Below are positions 26,600 through 37,789 of a DNA stretch of 64,000 nt, piece by piece. The position numbers and the translations under genes are program-made. The stretch is from Malacoraja senta (lineage: Eukaryota): contig CM075988.1 of NCBI GenBank assembly GCA_038087875.1, positions 25,546,001 to 25,610,000 on the forward strand. Direction: 5' to 3'. The notes beneath the pieces were generated by a model. It searched no databases. It had not been told where the DNA came from and saw nothing but the letters and a program-made list of their open reading frames with translations. Positions within the stretch are counted from its first letter, which is position 1, and every line of letters starts with the position of its first letter.

Positions 26600-26749
26600 C
26601 TGCTTTTGACCTTGGGACTGGTCGCTGCGCAAAGGCGGTCGTAAGGTCTTGTGTTCCATCGGCATACACCCGGAGAATTTCATGGTTGATATTTCTGATC
26701 ATCCTAAAGCGATCACTTTGGTCGTAGATCTTAAAATCACTTTCGTCCA
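26600..26749 (-). CDS. IL18: Interleukin-18-like gene, exon with the predicted caspase site and start of the mature domain
   Basis: ctctcctcacaag|TG...GCAG|gtttgt. xDESDFKIYDQSDRFRMIRNINHEILRVYADGTQDLTTAFAQRPVPRSKA. 150 nt, phase 1 to 1. Aligns with human [24 protein letters not shown]. Confidence 0.88.
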
Positions 26750-26884
26750 CTTGTGAGGAGAGACAAAAGGCCCGGCATTAGTTCAGCTCCAGCCGGAAAA
26801 CATTTTGTAAACTGGAGAACATTTCCTTAACCGTACGAGTAAGGATATTATCACTAACCATTAGGTTTTACCAAGGTATCTTTC

Positions 26885-27335
26885 ATTTTGTGTTATGCGG
26901 GGGGTTGGGGGAAACTTTCTTTCATCTCTTTCCTCGACGGAGATCTCCGTCCGCACTGTGGCCTAACATCGTGGAGCTGGCGGCCTCTTGCTGGGGATCG
27001 ACCTTGGGAGCTCCAACCGCGGGAGCCTGCGGGCTTAATATCATGGAGCCCGCGATCCCTTGGTTAGGGACCAACTTCGGGAGCTCCAAGCTGCAGGAGC
27101 TTCGATCGCCCCGATCGCGGACTTCCCCGACCGCGGAAAAAAGAGGGAGGGAGGGAAGATGAGACTTTATTGCCTTCCATCAGTGGGGAATGTAGGGAAT
27201 CTGCTGTGGTGGATGTTTATGTTAACTTTTATGTAGTTGTGTGCCTTGTTGCTTTTTTTAGTATGCCTGTATGGTAAATCAAATATCACTGTCCCTTATT
27301 TGGTACGGGTGACAATAAAATACCCTTTGAACCTT
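26885..27335 (+). mobile_element. Unclassified GC-rich interspersed repeat (retroelement 3' end)
   Basis: A second copy lies at about 58140-59075 and a stub at about 54880-54925. Ends with gacaataaa and a short tandem tail. Confidence 0.7.
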
Positions 27336-27465
27336 TAATTATTTCTCGAAACTCTCCAGATAAAGGCTAGGACTGGATTGCCTGCACTCTCTTTAGGTCC
27401 CATGTGGAGTATTGTGTTCTGTTTTGGACACCCTCCAAAAGGAAGGATGTTGTCCAGTTCTAAAG

Positions 27466-30400
27466 TTGCAGGAGGAGGAGCAGCGTCCGGGTAAGGAGTA
27501 GTTAAACAGCGCGGGGCTTTGCTTTCCAGACGCTCAGGGACCGTTGCAGGAGGAGGAACCAAAACTGCAACGTTCCATTCAGGTTTCCTATGTGAGGAAG
27601 CAGCTGATTGGGAGTCAGATCCCTGCAGATTTCCTCCACCAGTTTGTATTGTATCCAGGGTAAGGGGGGAGAATGAGGGCCAGGGCAGTTTACTGTTCTG
27701 GATGTCAGATGTGGGAGGTCATGGAGTCCGATACCCCTCCAGACGTCCACATCTGTGTCAGGTGCGTAGAGATGGGGTTCCTAAGGGATCGTGTTAGGAA
27801 CCTGGAGCAGCAGCTCGATGACCTCTGTCTGCTCAGGGAGAGTGAGGAGGTCATAGAAAGGAGTTATAGGGAGGTGGTCACTCCAAGACCACGGGAGGCA
27901 GACAAGTGGGTCACAGTTAGGAAGGGCAAGGGGCAGAGGCAGGGACTAGCGAGTACCCCAGTGGCTGTACACCTAGAAAATAAGTACTCCTGTTTGAGTA
28001 CTGTTGCGGGGGACAGCCTTTCTGGGGGTAGCGACAGCGGCCGGGCCTCCGGCACAGAGACCGTGCTATTACTCAGAAGGGTAGGGAAAAGACGAGGAGG
28101 GCAATAGTAATAGGGGACTCTATGGTTAGGGGGTCGGATAGGCGATTCTGTGGACGCAGTCAGGAGACCCGGATGGTAGTTTGCCTCCCTGGTGCCAGGG
28201 TCAGGGATGTGTCTGAACGTGTCCAAGATATCCTGAAATCGGAGGGAGAGGAGCCTGAGGTTGTGGTACATATAGGTACCAATGACATAGGCAGAAAAAG
28301 AGAAGAGGTCCTGAAAGGAGAATTTAGGGAGTTGGCAGGAGAGTTAAAGAGAACGTCCGCAAAGGTAACAATCTCAGGATTACTACCTGTGCCACGCGAC
28401 AGTGAGAGCAGGAACGAAATGAGGTGGAGGATAAATGCGTGGCTGAAGGACTGGTGCAGCGAGCAGGGATTCAAATTTCTGGATCATTGGGACCTCTTTT
28501 GGGGAAGGTGTGACCTGTACAGAAAGGACGGGTTGCACTTGAACCTGAGGGGAACCAATATCCTGGCAGGGAGATTTGCAAAGGCTACTGGGGAGACTTT
28601 AAACTAGAACGGTTGGGGGGAGGGACTCAAATAGAGAAAGATGGTAGAAAATGTGGGAGGCAGGAGGCAGAGAAGGGAAGCACTCGGACCCAAAATGTAG
28701 GGGAGAAAGAAGAAAAAGATAATAAACAGAGAATAAGTGGTGGTGGGTTTCTTAAATGTGTATATTTTAATGCTAGGAGCATTGTAAGAAAGGTGGATGA
28801 GCTTAGAGTCTGGATTGATACCTGGAAGTATGATGTTGTGGCGATCAGTGAAACATGGTTGTAGGAGGGCTGTGATTGGAAACTAAATATTCCAGGATTT
28901 CGTTGCTTCAGGGGTGATAGAATTGGAGGGGCAAGAGGTGGGGGTGTTGCATTGCTTGTCAAGGAAGATATTACAGCAGTGCTTTGGCAGGATAGATTAG
29001 AGGGCTATTTCTAATCCCTAGAGGTCTAGGGAGGCTATTTGGGTGGAGCTGAGAAATGGGAAAGGTGTAGCAACACTTATAGGGGTGTATTATAGACCGC
29101 CAAATGGGGAGCGAGAATTGGAAGAGCAAATATGTAAGGAGATAGCAGATATTAGTAGTAAGCACAAGGTAGTGATTGTGGGAGATTTCAATTTTCCACA
29201 CATAGACTGGGAAACACATTCTGTAAAAGGGCTGGATGGTTTGGAGTTTGTAAAATGTGTGCAGGATAGTTTTTTGCAGCAATACATAGAGGTGCCTACT
29301 AGAGAAGGGGCAGTGCTGGACCTCCTGTTAGGAAATGAGACCGGGCAGGTGGCGGAGGTAAGCGTTGGGGAGCACTTTGGGTCCAGTGATCACAATACCA
29401 TTAGTTTCAATATAATTATGGAGAGGGTGAGAACTGGACCTAGGGTTGAGATTTTTGTTTGGAGAAAGGCTAACTTTGAGGAGATGCGAAAGGATTTAAA
29501 AGGAGTGAATTGGGACATGTTGTTTTATGGGAAGGAGGTAGAAGAGAAATGGAGGACATTTAAAGGTGAAATTTTAAGAGTACAGAATCTTTATGTACCT
29601 GTTCGGTTGAAAGGAAATAGTAAAAATTGGAAAGAGCCATGGTTTTCAAGGGAAATTGGACACTTGGTTCGGAAAAAGAGGGAGATCTACAATAATTATA
29701 GGCAGCATGGAGTAAATGAGGTGCTTGAGGAGTATAAAGAATGTAAAAAGAATATTAAGAAAGAAATTAGAAAAGCTAAAAGAAGATACGAGGTTGCTTT
29801 GACAAGTAAGGTGAAAGTAAATCCAAAGGGTTTCTACAGCTATATTAATAGCAAAAGGATAACAAAGGAATAAAATTGGTCCATTAGAGAGTCAGAGTGG
29901 ACAGCTATCTGCAGAGCCAAAAGAGATGGGGGAGATACTGAACAATTTCTTTTCTTCGGTATTCACCAAGGAGAAGGATATGGAATTATGTGAGGTAAGG
30001 GGAAACAAGCAGAGTAGCTATGGAAACTATGAGATTCAAAGAAGAGGAGGTGCGGACACTTTTGAAAAAGATGAAAACGGATAAGTCTCCAGGTCCAGAC
30101 AGGATATTCCCGAGGACATTGAGGGAAGTTAGTGTAGAAATAGCAGGGGCTATGACAGAAATATTTCAAATGTCATTAGAAACGGGAATAGTGCCGGAGG
30201 ATTGGCGTACTGCGCATGTTGTTCCGTTGTTTAAAAGGGTTCTAAGAGTAAACCTAGCAATTATAGACCTGTTAGTTTGGACATCAGTGGTGGGCAAATT
30301 AATGGAAAGGATACTTAAAGATAATATATATACGCATCTGGATAAGCAGGGTCTGATTAGGAACAGTCAACATGGATTTGTGCCTGGAAGGTCATGTTTG

Positions 30401-31621
30401 ACTAATCTTCTGGAATTTTTCAAAGAGGTTACTAGGGAAATTGATGAGGATAAAGCAGTGGATGTTGTCTATATGGACTTCAGTAAGGTCTTTGACAAGG
30501 TTCCTCATGGAAGGTTGGTTAAGAAGATTCAATTGTTGGGTATTAATGGTGGAGTAGCAAGATGGATTCAACAGTGGCTGAATGGAGATGCCAGAGAGTA
30601 ATGGTGGATGGCTGTTTGTCAGGTTGGAGGCCGGTGACTAGTGGGGTGCCTCAGGGGTCTGTGTTGGGTCCACTGTTGTTTGTCATGTACATCAATGATC
30701 TGGATGATGGTGTGGAAAATTAGATTAGTAAGTATGCAGATGATACTAAGATAGGTGGTGTGGTGGATAATGAAGTCGATTTTCAAAGTCTACATAGAGA
30801 TTTAGGCCATTTGGAAGAGTGGGCTGAAAGATGGCAGATGGAGTTTAATGCTGATAAATGTGAGGTGCTACATCTCGGCAGGACAAATCAAAATAGGACG
30901 TACATGGTAAATGGTAGAGAATTGAGGAATGCAGTTGAACAGAGGGATCTAGGAATAACTGTGCATAGTTCCCTGAAGGTGGAATCTCATGTAGATAGGG
31001 TGGTAAAGAAAGCTTTTGGGGTGCTGGCCTTTATAAATCAGAGCATTGAATATAGAAGTTGGGATGTAATGTTAAAATTGTACAAGGCATTGGTGAGGCC
31101 AATTCTAGTATGGAGTACAATTTTGGTCGCCTAATTATAGGAAGGATGTCAACAAAATAGAGAGAGTACAGAGCAGATTTACTAGAATGTTGCCTGGGTT
31201 TCAGCAACTAAGTTACAGAGAAAGGTTGAACAAGTTAGGTCTTTATTCTTTGGAGCGCAGAAGGTTAAGAGGGACTTGATAGAGGTCTTTAAAATTATGA
31301 GCGGGTTAGACAGAGTTGACATGGATAAGCTTTTTCCATTGAGAGTAGGGAAGATTCAAACAAGGGGATATGACTTGAGAATTAAGGGACAGAAGTTTAG
31401 GGGTAACATTAGGGGGAACTTCTTTACTCAGAGAGTGGTGGCTGTGTGGAATGAGCTTCCAGTGGAAGTGGTGGAGGCTGGTTTGATTTTATCCTTTAAA
31501 AATAGATTGGATGGGTATATGGACGGGAAAGGAATGGAGGGTTATGGTCTGAGTGCAGGTAGATGGGACTAGGGGGAAGTATTTATTAAAAAAATAATAA
31601 TAATAAAATAAAAAAAATAAA

Positions 31622-31652
<31 letters not shown>

Positions 31653-31713
31653 TTCGGCACGGACTTGAAGGGCCGAGATGGCCTGTTTCCGTGCTGTAAT
31701 GGTTATATGGTTA
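27466..31713 (+). mobile_element. Apparently full-length CR1 LINE (5'UTR, zinc-finger/esterase ORF1, ORF2, 3'UTR), disabled and nested in an older CR1
   Basis: ORF1 has CSGC..CVRC, IGDSMVRG, VHIGTND and DGLHL. ORF2 fragments span 28613-31572. Short direct repeat TAAAG at 27461-27465 and 31714-31718. The host CR1 sequence continues across the insertion. Confidence 0.93.
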
Positions 31714-31919
31714 TAAAGAATGCAGAGACGATTTACTGGGATGTTGCCGGGACATGAGGTCCTGAACTACAGGGAGAGGTTGAGCAAGCCATGACTTCAC
31801 TCCATGGAGCACAGAATGATGAAGGGCAATCTCGTAAACATGCACAACGGGAATAGATAGGATGAATGCTCAAAGTCTATTACCCAAAATACGGGAATCA
31901 AGACCAGTAACACGTAAAA

Positions 31920-32603
31920 TGGACAAGGGAGAGAGAGCCAGTGGATGTAGTGCACCTGGACTTTCAGAAAGCCTTTGATAAGGTTCCACACAGGAGATTA
32001 GTGGGCAAAATTAGAGCACATGGTATTGGGGATTGGGTTTGACATGGATAGAAAATTGGTTGGCAGACAGGAAACAAAGAGTAGGGATTAACGGGTCCCT
32101 TTCAGAATAGCAGGCAGTGACTAGTTGGGTGCGGCAAGGCTCGGTGCTGGGACCGCAGCTTGTATTCACTGGAATTTAGAATGATGAGAGGGGATATAAT
32201 AGAAATATATAAAATTATTAATGGATTGATTATTAAGTGCTTTCAAGAGAGAGCTAGATTGGGCTCTTAAAAATAGTGGAGTCAGGGGATATGGGGAGAA
32301 GGCAGGAACGGGGTACTGATTGGGGATGATCAGCCATGATCACATTGAATGGCGATGCTGGCTCGAGGGGCCGAATGGCCTACTTCTGCACCGATTGTCT
32401 ATGTATTACTGTCTAAATTACTCTCTAATGGCATCAAGTTGGGAAAAGGGGAAGTACAATGGGATTTGGGGGTCCTTGTTCATCAGTCTGGGGAGAAGAC
32501 AGGAACAGGGTACTGATTGGGGATGATCAGCCATGATCACATTGAATGGCGGTGCTGGCTCGAAGGGCCGAATGGCCTACTCCTGCACCTATTGTCTATT
32601 GTC
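31920..32603 (+). mobile_element. Rearranged CR1 fragments with two 3' ends
   Basis: LDFQKAFDKVPH motif and repeated gatgatcagccatgatcacattgaatggcg tails. Confidence 0.8.
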
Positions 32604-32682
32604 CATCGCGTAGCGGCACATAATGGTTAGGCCACTCCTCCTATGCAAACCCTCGACAACCCTGGGAAAGAGTCACGAGAGT

Positions 32683-34786
32683 CTCTGTCTCTGTCTCTGT
32701 CTCTGTCTCTGTCTCTGTCTCTGTCTCTGTCTCTGTCTCTGTCTCTGTCTCTGTCTCTGTCTCTGTCTCTGTCTCTGTCTCTGTCTCTGTCTCTGTCTCT
32801 GTCTCTGTCTCTGTCTCTGTCTCTGTCTCTGTCTCTGTCTCTGTCTCTGTCTCTGTCTCTGTCTCTGTCTCTGTCTCTGTCTCTGTCTCTGTCTCTGTCT
32901 CTGTCTCTGTCTCTGTCTCTGTCTCTGTCTCTGTCTCTGTCTCTGTCTCTGTCTCTGTCTCTGTCTCTGTCTCTGTCTCTGTCTCTGTCTCTGTCTCTGT
33001 CTCTGTCTCTGTCTCTGTCTCTGTCTCTGTCTCTGTCTCTGTCTCTGTCTCTGTCTCTGTCTCTGTCTCTGTCTCTGTCTCTGTCTCTGTCTCTGTCTCT
33101 GTCTCTGTCTCTGTCTCTGTCTCTGTCTCTGTCTCTGTCTCTGTCTCTGTCTCTGTCTCTGTCTCTGTCTCTGTCTCTGTCTCTGTCTCTGTCTCTGTCT
33201 CTGTCTCTGTCTCTGTCTCTGTCTCTGTCTCTGTCTCTGTCTCTGTCTCTGTCTCTGTCTCTGTCTCTGTCTCTGTCTCTGTCTCTGTCTCTGTCTCTGT
33301 CTCTGTCTCTGTCTCTGTCTCTGTCTCTGTCTCTGTCTCTGTCTCTGTCTCTGTCTCTGTCTCTGTCTCTGTCTCTGTCTCTGTCTCTGTCTCTGTCTCT
33401 GTCTCTGTCTCTGTCTCTGTCTCTGTCTCTGTCTCTGTCTCTGTCTCTGTCTCTGTCTCTGTCTCTGTCTCTGTCTCTGTCTCTGTCTCTGTCTCTGTCT
33501 CTGTCTCTGTCTCTGTCTCTGTCTCTGTCTCTGTCTCTGTCTCTGTCTCTGTCTCTGTCTCTGTCTCTGTCTCTGTCTCTGTCTCTGTCTCTGTCTCTGT
33601 CTCTGTCTCTGTCTCTGTCTCTGTCTCTGTCTCTGTCTCTGTCTCTGTCTCTGTCTCTGTCTCTGTCTCTGTCTCTGTCTCTGTCTCTGTCTCTGTCTCT
33701 GTCTCTGTCTCTGTCTCTGTCTCTGTCTCTGTCTCTGTCTCTGTCTCTGTCTCTGTCTCTGTCTCTGTCTCTGTCTCTGTCTCTGTCTCTGTCTCTGTCT
33801 CTGTCTCTGTCTCTGTCTCTGTCTCTGTCTCTGTCTCTGTCTCTGTCTCTGTCTCTGTCTCTGTCTCTGTCTCTGTCTCTGTCTCTGTCTCTGTCTCTGT
33901 CTCTGTCTCTGTCTCTGTCTCTGTCTCTGTCTCTGTCTCTGTCTCTGTCTCTGTCTCTGTCTCTGTCTCTGTCTCTGTCTCTGTCTCTGTCTCTGTCTCT
34001 GTCTCTGTCTCTGTCTCTGTCTCTGTCTCTGTCTCTGTCTCTGTCTCTGTCTCTGTCTCTGTCTCTGTCTCTGTCTCTGTCTCTGTCTCTGTCTCTGTCT
34101 CTGTCTCTGTCTCTGTCTCTGTCTCTGTCTCTGTCTCTGTCTCTGTCTCTGTCTCTGTCTCTGTCTCTGTCTCTGTCTCTGTCTCTGTCTCTGTCTCTGT
34201 CTCTGTCTCTGTCTCTGTCTCTGTCTCTGTCTCTGTCTCTGTCTCTGTCTCTGTCTCTGTCTCTGTCTCTGTCTCTGTCTCTGTCTCTGTCTCTGTCTCT
34301 GTCTCTGTCTCTGTCTCTGTCTCTGTCTCTGTCTCTGTCTCTGTCTCTGTCTCTGTCTCTGTCTCTGTCTCTGTCTCTGTCTCTGTCTCTGTCTCTGTCT
34401 CTGTCTCTGTCTCTGTCTCTGTCTCTGTCTCTGTCTCTGTCTCTGTCTCTGTCTCTGTCTCTGTCTCTGTCTCTGTCTCTGTCTCTGTCTCTGTCTCTGT
34501 CTCTGTCTCTGTCTCTGTCTCTGTCTCTGTCTCTGTCTCTGTCTCTGTCTCTGTCTCTGTCTCTGTCTCTGTCTCTGTCTCTGTCTCTGTCTCTGTCTCT
34601 GTCTCTGTCTCTGTCTCTGTCTCTGTCTCTGTCTCTGTCTCTGTCTCTGTCTCTGTCTCTGTCTCTGTCTCTGTCTCTGTCTCTGTCTCTGTCTCTGTCT
34701 CTGTCTCTGTCTCTGTCTCTGTCTCTGTCTCCTGTCTCTGTCTCTGTCTCTGTCTCTGTCTCTGTCTCTGTCTCTGTCTCTGTCTC
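32683..34786 (+). repeat. (CTCTGT)n microsatellite, about 2.1 kb, nearly perfect
   Basis: Direct reading. One extra C near 34731. Flanked by TCACGAGAGT on both sides. Confidence 0.98.
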
Positions 34787-34828
34787 TCACGAGAGTGTCC
34801 TGCCACCGCAGCAGGAGCTCAACTGAGC

Positions 34829-35028
34829 NNNNNNNNNNNNNNNNNNNNNNNNNNNNNNNNNNNNNNNNNNNNNNNNNNNNNNNNNNNNNNNNNNNNNNNN
34901 NNNNNNNNNNNNNNNNNNNNNNNNNNNNNNNNNNNNNNNNNNNNNNNNNNNNNNNNNNNNNNNNNNNNNNNNNNNNNNNNNNNNNNNNNNNNNNNNNNNN
35001 NNNNNNNNNNNNNNNNNNNNNNNNNNNN
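34829..35028. other. Assembly gap (200 N)
   Basis: Run of N. The round length suggests a scaffolding gap of unknown true size. Confidence 0.99.
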
Positions 35029-35750
35029 AGCGAAGGAAATAGGCAACATTTCGGGGCGAAACCCTTCTTCAGACTGATGCAGGGTGGAGAAGAAGAAAGG
35101 AAGAGGAGGAGCCAGAGGGCTGAGGGAGAGCTGAGAAGGGGAGGAGACAGCAAGGGCTACCGGAAATTGGAGAAGTCAATGTTCGGGCCACCGGGATGCA
35201 GAAATATGAGGTGCTGCTCCTCCAATTTCCAGTGGTGCTCACTCTGGCCATGGAGGAGGCTCAGGACAGAAAGGTCGGATTCGGAATGGGAGGGGAGTTG
35301 AAGTGCTGAGCCACCGGGAGATCTCTACTGGCCGTCACATACAACAAGTGATCCTCCGTCAGTTTCGCCACCTCCAACGTGACCCCACCACTCGCCACAT
35401 CTTCCCATCTCCCCACCTGTCTGGCTTCTGCAAAGACCGCTCCCTCCGTAACTCCCTGGTCAATTCTTCCCTTCCCTCCCGCACCACCCCCTCCCCGGGC
35501 ACTTTCCCTTGCAACTGCAAGAGATGCAACACTTGTCGCTTTACCTCCCCCCTCGATTCCATTCAAGGACCCAAGCAGTCGTTCCAGGTGCGACAGAGGT
35601 TCACCTGCATCCCCTCCAACCTCATCTATTGCATCCGCTGCTCTAGATGTCAGCTGATCTACATCGGTGAGACCAAGCGGAGGCTTGGCGATCGTTTCGC
35701 CGAACACCTCCGCTCGGTTCGCATTAAGCAACCTGATCTCCCTGTGGCTC
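35029..35750. mobile_element. Penelope-like element fragments in inverted arrangement (- about 35029-35325, + about 35325-35750)
   Basis: The + part encodes CNCKRCNTC..FTC..NLIYCIRCSRCQLIYIGETKRRLGDRFAEH (GIY-YIG). The - part matches the 6565-6900 pseudo-LTR. Confidence 0.9.
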
Positions 35751-35987
35751 AGACAGGAAGCAAGCCATTCGACAAACTTTAGCTGACGTGGTCAGGTCTC
35801 CCAGATTTATTTGTGGAATGATCACTGTAGATTAGATTGTCGACGTTTTTATAAAAATGGAGTATGCCTGCTCTGTTGTGGATTGTTGAGGGGGATTGTG
35901 AGCCAAAATTTCTACCAGGAACTCACACCTTCGCTCACTTTCAGCTTATTTGTTCACAGCGATTAGATAATGCAAAATTGTCCATGG

Positions 35988-36240
35988 GTCAAGTCAAGTC
36001 AAGTCACTTTTATTTCTATAGCACATTTAAAAAACAACTCTGGTTGACCAAAGTGCTTCACATTGGTGGAGGTACTAACGTTATACAACAGTGGTTCATA
36101 GATTAAGTACATACATAAATACAGACATATAGCCCTCCCCTCAGAGGACGTCAAGAAAGGCTTGAGAGTAAAGATGAGTTTTATGTCTCGACTTAAAAGA
36201 GTCGATGGAGGGGGGCAGTTCTGATGGAAAGAGGGATGCT
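35988..36240 (-). mobile_element. L2 3' fragment; a sister copy lies on + at about 37392-37594
   Basis: (TTGAC)n tail and the L2 3' stem-loop. Same family as 21803-23780. Confidence 0.85.
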
Positions 36241-36355
36241 GTTGCATAAAGAGCTTTTGCATAAAGTTGAACAGTCCTAGACTAGCATAGACTTGATGGG
36301 CCAAATGGCCCACTTGTGCGCTGTTAGGATCCGGCAGGATTCCATTGTAATTTAC

Positions 36356-36447
36356 TTAATTGAGAATCTTTGCAGTTGACTGCAGATCCCGGGATAAATT
36401 TTTGGAATGTCACTAACTCCAATTGTGTGGCATCAACAGCTATGTTT
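36356..36447 (-). CDS. Candidate IL-18-like pro-peptide exon
   Basis: tccttcgatatccag|A...TTAA|gtaaat. NIAVDATQLELVTFQKFIPGSAVNCKDSQL, no stops. 92 nt, phase 2 to 1, which fits the 26749 acceptor. LVTFQKFI loosely resembles human pro-IL-18 NFVAMKFI. Lies across the assembly gap. Confidence 0.55.
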
Positions 36448-37789
36448 CTGGATATCGAAGGACCAATGAATCATTCCATTCAATGCATTTGGCTGGCAGC
36501 TTTCCAACGGGAGATAATTAATCAGTATTTGTACATATCCATCTCACACTAAATAACGCTGCAATTAGACAGTCTAGTCATTGCTTTCCCCCATTATATA
36601 GAGGGCAAGGAGTTGCATTCCTTGACGCTGTATTGGTAGACAAAGGGGCAACTTGGCTGGCTACTAGCACCTTCATCTTTGAATCTAAGTTGAGAGTTCC
36701 AGTCTCTCTTCGGAGTCTCGGACGCATTGGAGTGCGTGCACATTCCAACCAGTGAAAGATTTACAGTTACTATTGTAATGTAGGAAATGTAGCAGTTAAT
36801 TAATGCACAGGAACATGGAGCAATGACACACAACTTGTTCGAAAGTTAGTCCGGCCCGCTCCAAAGAGTCGGTACACAAGAGGGTTTTTTAAGCAGGTAT
36901 AAAAGATTCTGCCGTGTTATTTTGAAGGAGGCAGGAGAGATATGCCTGGCGTCCTTGCAAAGATTTGTCCCCCTATTTACACCACGAAAGTGTCATTGCT
37001 ATATGTTGCTGTGTATGAATTAGCTGCTACATTTCCTACGTTATAATGCTAACTGTAAATCGTTCACTGGCTGGAATGCGCTTTAGGTCTAAATGAGATC
37101 ACGGTGATTGATGAATGTGGTTGCTTTCTGGGTGAAATATGTGGAATAATATTTGGAAATGGAAGAGAAGAGATGGAGTTGAGGGAACTGCAGCAACTGG
37201 GCAAGTGTCCGTCTACCAGTTGGCATGGCAACAGTTGGAACGGTTTGGATACCAGGATCTGATCATTAAAGTAGTTCACGTTCTCAGGAGATTCCGATCC
37301 TCAGCCCTACCCCCCCCACACACACACCCCCCCTACCCCCCCACCCCCCCATGCAGTCAGCGAGGAATCGAGTAGAAGCTTGCCCTTGCAACCGAGACTT
37401 AAAACTCATCTTTACTCTCAAGCCTTTCTTGACGTCCTCTGAGGGAGGGCTATATATGTATGTATTTATGTATGTACTTAATCTATGAACCACTGTTGTA
37501 TAACGTTAGTATCTCCACCAATGTAAAGCACTTTGGTCAACGAGAGTTGATTTTTAAATGTGCTATAGAAATAAAAGTGACTTGACTTGACTTGAATATC
37601 TGCAAATTATTTTTCTCTCTGCTTGTGAGTGGGCGTTGAATAACAACAGGTGTAGAGTAAAGCCTGGCCTGAGAACGTCCAAGTCCTGTGTGAACATTGC
37701 CAATCATGCACCCGCTCAGAAACTGGAACCACTGCGGGCGGCTCTGCCTGCGTGGCTCAGATTACTAGCCTGCTCCTCACTTCACTTAC

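Noticed and set aside
32623..35301. 700-900-aa ORFs (CL, SL, ET, RQ repeats)
   Set aside because: Artefacts of a stop-free hexamer microsatellite and the N gap.
35928..35945. Possible 18-nt micro-exon on - (CTGAAAGTGAGCGAAGGT|gtgagt), analogous to the 12-nt human IL18 exon
   Set aside because: Good donor and compatible phase, but no polypyrimidine tract at the acceptor. It cannot be told from chance without RNA data.
36671..36743. Alternative IL-18 pro-exon MCTHSN..LRFKDE with a phase-1 donor (AAG|gtgcta)
   Set aside because: Weak donor, and the ATG lies inside a SINE-derived inverted-repeat arm. The 36356-36447 exon has better splice signals. Not fully excluded.
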